Below are positions 58,754 to 64,000 of a stretch of DNA of 64,000 nucleotides, piece by piece. The number at the start of each line of letters is the position of its first letter. Positions within the stretch are counted from its first letter, which is position 1. Source of the DNA: an uncultured Gammaproteobacteria bacterium. GTDB taxonomy: Bacteria; Pseudomonadota; Gammaproteobacteria; Steroidobacterales; Steroidobacteraceae. The stretch lies in NCBI GenBank assembly GCA_963760725.1, contig CAVXET010000039.1:63497-127496 (forward strand), in the 5' to 3' direction. The notes beneath the pieces are model-generated. The model searched no databases. It saw only the letters and a list, made by a program, of their open reading frames with translations, and was not told the DNA's origin. Both the position numbers and the translations under genes were made by a program.

Positions 58754-60013
58754 TCAAACCTCGTGGCGCAGGGATTCGGCGGGCTGTGTCCTGGCGGCAC
58801 GCCAGGCCGGATACAGGGTCGCGAGGATGCCGAGCGCGAGCGCGACGACCGCAATCAGGACCACGTCGCCCGGGCGGATCTCGGAGGGCAGCTCGGAGAT
58901 GAAGTAGACGCGGGGGTCCACCAGCGTGATGCCGGTGATGTGCTCGAGCCCGGACGCGATCGCCGTCACGTTGGCGGCCGCGAGCAGGCCGAGGCCGACG
59001 CCGATGGCCGTGCCGAGCAGCCCGATGATCGAACCCTGCGTCATGAAGATCGCCACCATGTCGCGCGGCGAGCCGCCGAGCGTGCGCAGGATGGCGATGT
59101 CCGCCCGCTTTTCCTTCACCACCATCACAAGGGTCGAGATGATGTTGAAGGCGGCGACCGCAACCACCATCAGCAGCACGAAGAACATGATGGACTTCGT
59201 CACCTGGATCGAGCGGAAGAAGTTGCCCTGGCGGCGGCTCCAGTCGCTGATGTAGTAACGGCCCTCGAGGTTCTCGGCAATCGCGCGGATGCGCTGCCCG
59301 GCGGCGGCCGGGTCGTCGAACGTGTAGCGCAGCCCGGTCACGGAATCGCCGAGCCGGAACAGGCGCCGCGCGTCATCGAGGTGCACGAGCGCGAGCCCCT
59401 GGTCGAACTCGTACATGCCGGCATCGATGTAGCCCGCCACGGTGAAGCGCCGCATGCGCGGCGCGACTCCCGCCGGCGTGACGTTGCCCTGCGCGATGAC
59501 GACCAGCACCGCGTCGCCTGTCGCGACGCCGAGCTTTTCAGCGAGTCCCCGGCCGAGCAGGATGCGCCACCGCCCGGGTACGAGCTCGTCGAAGCCACGG
59601 CCGGTCAGGTGCCGCTCGAGCGCCGAGACGCGCCGCTCCGCGTCGGGCTGGACCGCCCGCAGGTCCACGGCCGCCGAGCGCTCCCCCGCCACGACCATCC
59701 CGCGTCCTTCCACGAATGGCGCAACGGCAACGACGCCCGCCGCGCTGCCTGTCTTGCCCGCGATCTCCTGCCACGCGTCGAGCCGGCCGCCGTCGCCCTC
59801 GAGTGTCGCGTGCGCGACCACGTCGAGGATGCGCCGGCCGAGGTCGCGCTCGAAGCCATTCATGACCGACAGCACCACGATCAGCGTGAACACGCCGAGC
59901 GCGATGCCCGTGATCGCGATGCCCGAGACGAAACCGACGAAGCGGCTTCCCTGGCGCGCGCGCAGGTATCGCAGGCCGATCCAGGCGGGAGTCCTATTCA
60001 TAGCGGAGCGCAT
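58754..60013 (-). CDS. Lipoprotein-releasing system permease (LolC/LolE family), second copy
   Basis: MNRTPAWIGLRYLRARQGSRFVGFVSGIAITGIALGVFTLIVVLSVMNGFERDL, followed by a periplasmic domain and a C-terminal FtsX-type TM bundle. Confidence 0.85.
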   Translation of the reverse strand: MRSAMNRTPAWIGLRYLRARQGSRFVGFVSGIAITGIALGVFTLIVVLSVMNGFERDLGRRILDVVAHATLEGDGGRLDAWQEIAGKTGSAAGVVAVAPFVEGRGMVVAGERSAAVDLRAVQPDAERRVSALERHLTGRGFDELVPGRWRILLGRGLAEKLGVATGDAVLVVIAQGNVTPAGVAPRMRRFTVAGYIDAGMYEFDQGLALVHLDDARRLFRLGDSVTGLRYTFDDPAAAGQRIRAIAENLEGRYYISDWSRRQGNFFRSIQVTKSIMFFVLLMVVAVAAFNIISTLVMVVKEKRADIAILRTLGGSPRDMVAIFMTQGSIIGLLGTAIGVGLGLLAAANVTAIASGLEHITGITLVDPRVYFISELPSEIRPGDVVLIAVVALALGILATLYPAWRAARTQPAESLRHEV

Positions 60014-61229
60014 CGGCGGGTTCCGTCGCGGCCGCGCGACGCGCCGGATACAGGGTCGCGAGCAGCGTCAACGCAAAGGCCGTCACCGACACCAGCGCGA
60101 CGTCGCTGGCCCGCAGTTCCGACGGGATGCGCGAGATGTAGTAGACGGCCGGGTCGAAGAGCTCGAACCCGAACCACCGTTCGAGCACGTGGACGATGTC
60201 GCCTGCATTCAACGCGAGCAGGATGCCGAGCCCGATGCCCGCGAGTGCGCCGATCCAGCCAATCACCGTGCCCTGCACGATGAAGGTCGCGATGACGCCG
60301 CCGCGCGAGAGCCCGAGCGTGCGCAATATGGCGATGTCGTTGCGCTTCTCCGACACCACCATGACGAGGCTCGCGACGACGTTGAACGCGGCCACGGCGA
60401 CGATCAGCAGCAGGATGACCGTCATCATGGTCTTCTCGAGCCGGATTGCGCGAAAGTACGCGGCATGCTCCACGGTCCAGTCTGTCCCTGCCGCGGTGCC
60501 GAGCGCCGCCGACAGCAGGGGCGTGCGCCGCGGCGCCTCGAAGGGATCCGCGTAGAACACGCGCACGCCCGCGCTGGCCGCCGGCCCCGCGAGCGCCGTA
60601 ACGTCCTCGAGCGACGCGAAGGCGAGCGTCAGGTCGTGGTCGGCGAGCCCGATCTCGAAGCGGCCCGACACGGTGAACGCGCCGATCTTCGGCGCAAGGG
60701 CGCCATCCTCGCCGGCGCGAAGCAGCAGCAGGCCGAGGTCGTCGCCCTGCCCGGCCTGTAGCTGGACGGCGAGCGCGCGGCCGAGTGCAACGCGACGGCT
60801 TCCTGGAACGAGGTCTGTTACGCGGCCCTCGACCATGGCCCGCGCGAGCGCACCACCCTCGGCCTGGTCGCGCGCGTCGATTCCGCGCAGGACGGCGCCC
60901 GCCAGCGTTGCGCCATGCGACAGGAGTCCCTGCACCTCGACAAAGGGTTCGACGCGCTCGACACCCGGCTGACTGCGTGCCCGCGTGGCGAGGTCACGAA
61001 GTGCCGCGGGATCCGCCGGCGCGGGCAGCGTCGTGTGTGCGGACAATGCCAGGAGCCGCGTGCGCAGCTCTCCCTCGAAGCCGTTCATGACCGACAGGAT
61101 TGCGATGAGCGCTGCGACGCCGAGACAGATGCCGGCGAGTGACACCCAGCTGATGAATGACACGAAATACTGGTGCTGGCGGGCGCGGACGTAGCGTAGC
61201 CCGAGCCCGAGGGGCAATGGCGTCAGCAT
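59994..61229 (-). CDS. Lipoprotein-releasing system permease (LolC/LolE family), first copy
   Basis: MLTPLPLGLGLRYVRARQHQYFVSFISWVSLAGICLGVAALIAILSVMNGFEGEL... The gene overlaps the next permease gene by 20 nt. Confidence 0.85.
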   Translation of the reverse strand: MLTPLPLGLGLRYVRARQHQYFVSFISWVSLAGICLGVAALIAILSVMNGFEGELRTRLLALSAHTTLPAPADPAALRDLATRARSQPGVERVEPFVEVQGLLSHGATLAGAVLRGIDARDQAEGGALARAMVEGRVTDLVPGSRRVALGRALAVQLQAGQGDDLGLLLLRAGEDGALAPKIGAFTVSGRFEIGLADHDLTLAFASLEDVTALAGPAASAGVRVFYADPFEAPRRTPLLSAALGTAAGTDWTVEHAAYFRAIRLEKTMMTVILLLIVAVAAFNVVASLVMVVSEKRNDIAILRTLGLSRGGVIATFIVQGTVIGWIGALAGIGLGILLALNAGDIVHVLERWFGFELFDPAVYYISRIPSELRASDVALVSVTAFALTLLATLYPARRAAATEPADALRYE

Positions 61230-61329
61230 GTGCGGTGGTTCACAGGATTCGGGATGCCTATCAACGATTTACTGTGGCAACCTCGACAGGCTTCCACCCG
61301 GTGCTACACTCGAAAGCGGAGGTACCGCG

Positions 61330-61614
61330 ATGCCTATCCTACGCATTTTGCTCTTGGTTGCGCTCGGCACGGCCACGCCTGCCCTGGCGGAGACGCTCAG
61401 CACCGATACCGGCAATCCGGCCGCTGCGGGCGAGCGCCCGAACCGGGGCAGTTCGATGTCGACGGTCGAGAGCCGCTACGGCGCGCCATCCAACCGTCAT
61501 GCCGCCATCGGCAGTCCGCCGATCTCACGCTGGGACTACCCGCAGTTCTCGGTCTATTTCGAAAATGACCGCGTGCTGCACACCGTCCTCGTGAGGAGCG
61601 CGCCAGCCGGCTGA
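61330..61614 (+). CDS. Small periplasmic hypothetical protein
   Basis: A GGAGG sits 8 nt upstream of the ATG. MPILRILLLVALGTATPALA is a signal peptide, followed by ETLSTDTGNPAAAGERPNRGSSMSTVESRYGAPSNRHAAIGSPPISRWDYPQFSVYFENDRVLHTVL. Confidence 0.6.
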   Translation: MPILRILLLVALGTATPALAETLSTDTGNPAAAGERPNRGSSMSTVESRYGAPSNRHAAIGSPPISRWDYPQFSVYFENDRVLHTVLVRSAPAG

Positions 61615-61652
61615 TTCGTCCGCCGCCCGGACCGAGGTATCCTGCGCACTCA

Positions 61653-61678
61653 AACCCCGCCGGGTTCGCCCGGAACGG
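61653..61678 (+). terminator. GC hairpin between the small periplasmic-protein gene and mfd (weak terminator/attenuator candidate)
   Basis: CCCCGCCGGG-TTCG-CCCGGAACGGGG read directly. The downstream U-tract is poor (AGTTGTG). Confidence 0.3.
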
Positions 61679-61702
61679 GGAGTTGTGCCTGCAGGAACCT
61701 CC

Positions 61703-64000
61703 ATGCCCGAGCCGCGGCCCGTACCGATCCGACTGCCCACCGGCGCCCAGCGCCTGCGCTGGGGTGAGCTGTACGGCAGTAGTCCCGCGTACTTCCTCGC
61801 GGAGGCTGCCCGCGCATCCGCACCCCTCCTCGTCGTGACCGGCAGCGGCCGTGAAGCGGACCAGCTGCTCGCGGAACTGCGCTTTTTCACTGCGGAGCGC
61901 GTCGGGGTCTGGTCGTTTCCGGACCGGGAGACCTTGCCCTACGATCCCTTTTCCCCGCACCCGGACATCGTCTCCGAGCGGCTGCGGACGCTCGCCGCAC
62001 TGCCTGAACTGGCTCGCGGGATCGTCGTCACGACCACGGCGGCCTTGCTCGACCGGCTGCCGCCGCGGACGTTCATCGCAGCACACGCCTTCACGCTCGC
62101 GAGCGGCGAGCGCATCGATCTTCCGCAACTGCGCAAGCGGCTCGCAGATGCCGGCTACGCACAGGTCACCCAGGTGCTGAGCCCCGGGGAGTTCGCGGTG
62201 CGCGGTTCGGTCGTGGACCTGTACCCGGCGGGTGCGCCGCAACCCTATCGGCTCGACCTGTTCGACGACCTGATTGAATCGGTGCGGCAATTCGACCCTT
62301 CCGACCAGCGTTCCGGGGCGCGGCTCGCGACCGTGCCGTTGCTGCCGGCGCGCGAGATTCCCTCCTCGCCCGAGGACATTGCGGGCTTTCGCGGTCGCTG
62401 GCGCGAACGATTCGAAGGGGATCCACAACAGTCGACGGTCTACCGTGCGGTGACGGCGGGACAGATGCCGGCCGGCATCGAGGCCTGGCTTCCGTTGTTC
62501 TTCCGCCAGACCTCAGCCCTTTGCGACTACCTCCCGACCGGCAGCGTGATCGTCGATCTCGTGGACCTGGAGCTGTCGCTCGCACGCTTCGGCACCGAAA
62601 TCGAGACGCGCTACGAGGAACGCCGCCATGACCGCGAAAGGCCCTTGCTGCCGCCGGCGGAATCCTTCGTGCCACCCGGCGATGCGCTCGCTGCCATCGC
62701 CCGCCAACCACGCGTGGACCTGACGGCCGTCAAGGTGGAGCCGATCGGCGCCACGCTGCCGTTCGAGAACTTCGCCTCCGGGCCGCCGGCCGAACTTCGC
62801 ACCGCGAGCCGCGAGTCGCAGCCACTCGAAAAGCTCGCTGCCTTCCTGGCCGGATTTGCCGGCCGTGCGCTGGTGACCGCGGACTCGGCGGGCCGCCGCG
62901 AGGTGCTGCTCGACATGCTGCATCGCCAGGGACTCACGGTCGACGTGGTGGCCGACTGGCCGTCATTTCTCGAGAGCGGGAGCGCCCTCGGGCTCGCCGT
63001 CGCGCCTGACGTCCGCGGATTCTTCCTGCCGGATCGCGGGTACGCGCTCGTGGCCGAGGAGCAGCTCTTCGGCGCCCGCGCCCGCCAGGAACGACGGCGG
63101 CGACGGGCCGAGCGCGACCCCGAGGCGATCCTGCGCGAGCTCGCCTCGCTCTCGCCTGGCGCGCCCGTCGTGCACGAGGACTACGGCGTCGGGCGCTATC
63201 GCGGCCTGAAGGTCATGCAGGTTGCCGGCCACCCGGCGGAGTTCCTGGTGCTGGAGTACGCGGGCGGCGACCTGCTCTACGTGCCTGTGCACACGCTCGA
63301 CCGCGTGACCCGCTACACCGGCGGCTCGCCCGATTCGGCGCCCTGGCACAAGCTGGGAACCGAGCAGTGGGCGCGTGCGCGCCGCCGCGCGGCGGACCGC
63401 GTACGCGACGTCGCCGCGGAATTGCTCGATCTCTATTCGCGCCGTGCCGCGCGCGAGGGCCGGCCGATAATCTTCGACGAGAATGCCTATCGCGCCTTCG
63501 AGGCCGCGTTCCCGTTCGAGGAAACGATCGACCAGCACGAGGCGATCGAGGCCGTGCTTGCGGACATGCGTTCAGGCAAGCCGATGGATCGGGTGGTCTG
63601 CGGCGACGTCGGCTTCGGCAAGACCGAGGTTGCGCTGCGGGCCGCGTTCGCCGCCGTCACCGGCGGCCGGCAGGTCGCCGTGCTCGTACCGACGACGCTT
63701 CTCGCGCAGCAGCACGCCCAGACCTTCGCCGACCGCTTCGCGGACTGGCCGGTGCGCGTCGAGAGCCTGTCACGTTTTCGCACCGGCCCCGAGCAGCGCG
63801 CGGTCGTCGAGGGCCTGAAGGCCGGCAAGGTCGACATCGTGATCGGCACGCACCGGATTCTGCAGCGTGACGTGTCGTTCCACGACCTCGGGCTCGTCGT
63901 CGTGGACGAGGAGCATCGATTCGGCGTCGGCCACAAGGAGCGCCTCAAGCAGATGCGCGCGGACGTCGACATGCTCACGCTGACGGCGACGCCGATCCCG
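61703..64000 (+). CDS. mfd: Transcription-repair coupling factor Mfd (3' end beyond the window)
   Basis: My hand translation from ATG 61703 reads MPEPRPVPIRLPTGAQRLRWGELYGSSPAYFLAEAA...PDRETLPYDPFSPHPDIVSERL...EFAVRGSVVDLYPAG...VHEDYGVGRY...FPFEETIDQHEAIEAVLADM...MDRVVCGDVGFGKTEVALRAAF (Walker A)...VVVDEEHRFGV (DEEH). The frame stays open to position 64000. Confidence 0.93.
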   Translation, partial: MPEPRPVPIRLPTGAQRLRWGELYGSSPAYFLAEAARASAPLLVVTGSGREADQLLAELRFFTAERVGVWSFPDRETLPYDPFSPHPDIVSERLRTLAALPELARGIVVTTTAALLDRLPPRTFIAAHAFTLASGERIDLPQLRKRLADAGYAQVTQVLSPGEFAVRGSVVDLYPAGAPQPYRLDLFDDLIESVRQFDPSDQRSGARLATVPLLPAREIPSSPEDIAGFRGRWRERFEGDPQQSTVYRAVTAGQMPAGIEAWLPLFFRQTSALCDYLPTGSVIVDLVDLELSLARFGTEIETRYEERRHDRERPLLPPAESFVPPGDALAAIARQPRVDLTAVKVEPIGATLPFENFASGPPAELRTASRESQPLEKLAAFLAGFAGRALVTADSAGRREVLLDMLHRQGLTVDVVADWPSFLESGSALGLAVAPDVRGFFLPDRGYALVAEEQLFGARARQERRRRRAERDPEAILRELASLSPGAPVVHEDYGVGRYRGLKVMQVAGHPAEFLVLEYAGGDLLYVPVHTLDRVTRYTGGSPDSAPWHKLGTEQWARARRRAADRVRDVAAELLDLYSRRAAREGRPIIFDENAYRAFEAAFPFEETIDQHEAIEAVLADMRSGKPMDRVVCGDVGFGKTEVALRAAFAAVTGGRQVAVLVPTTLLAQQHAQTFADRFADWPVRVESLSRFRTGPEQRAVVEGLKAGKVDIVIGTHRILQRDVSFHDLGLVVVDEEHRFGVGHKERLKQMRADVDMLTLTATPIP

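Noticed and set aside
58754-61229. The gene order permease-permease-ATPase (LolC/E, LolC/E, LolD) as an anomaly compared with E. coli lolC-lolD-lolE
   Set aside because: Gene order within lol operons varies among proteobacteria. All three genes are intact and coupled, so nothing suggests altered function.

Overview
This is a 64-kb chromosomal segment from a high-GC Gram-negative bacterium. The gene order serS-rarA-lolA-ftsK-trxB...aat-infA/clpA-clpS, plus yceD-rpmF-fabH, maf and divergent rluC/rne, resembles gammaproteobacterial chromosomes; I cannot name the taxon from sequence alone. I can support about 55 protein-coding genes, 3 tRNAs (Arg-CCT, Ala-CGC, Ser-TGA), one LexA box, a few terminator-like hairpins and a small palindromic repeat family. 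I found no rRNA, CRISPR array, transposase or integrase.

Most of the window is housekeeping. It includes sucA, serS, ftsK, lolA, trxB, aat, infA, clpSA and a partial type II secretion cluster (gspC-D-E-F). It also holds a lexA-imuA-imuB-dnaE2 SOS mutagenesis cassette, an Lpp-like lipoprotein next to an L,D-transpeptidase, fabH, rne, a long envelope operon (exbB-exbD-msbA-lpxK-ycaR-kdsB-aminotransferase-LMW phosphatase), comEC, lolC/E/D and mfd.

The most unusual part is a visibly AT-richer, same-strand four-gene islet at 2.5-11.6 kb. It lies between the 3' end of tRNA-Arg(CCT) and the sucA start. It encodes a CHASE2-sensor class III nucleotide cyclase, a very large FecR-TPR-outer-membrane-barrel protein, a small secreted protein whose alternative-frame C-terminus is cysteine-rich, and a Tat-signal subtilase. 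I read this as an uncharacterised envelope-spanning signalling and proteolysis module.

The second notable item is a palindromic element with a conserved 29-31 nt loop and covarying stems. It occurs three times, and only around the mutagenesis cassette.

Major caveat: 15 genes cannot be read in a single frame. The breaks are dense at 23.0-28.5 kb and nearly absent after 38.5 kb. This indicates either indel-type sequence errors or real gene decay. I mark these genes as pseudogene with the intact-gene coordinates I infer.
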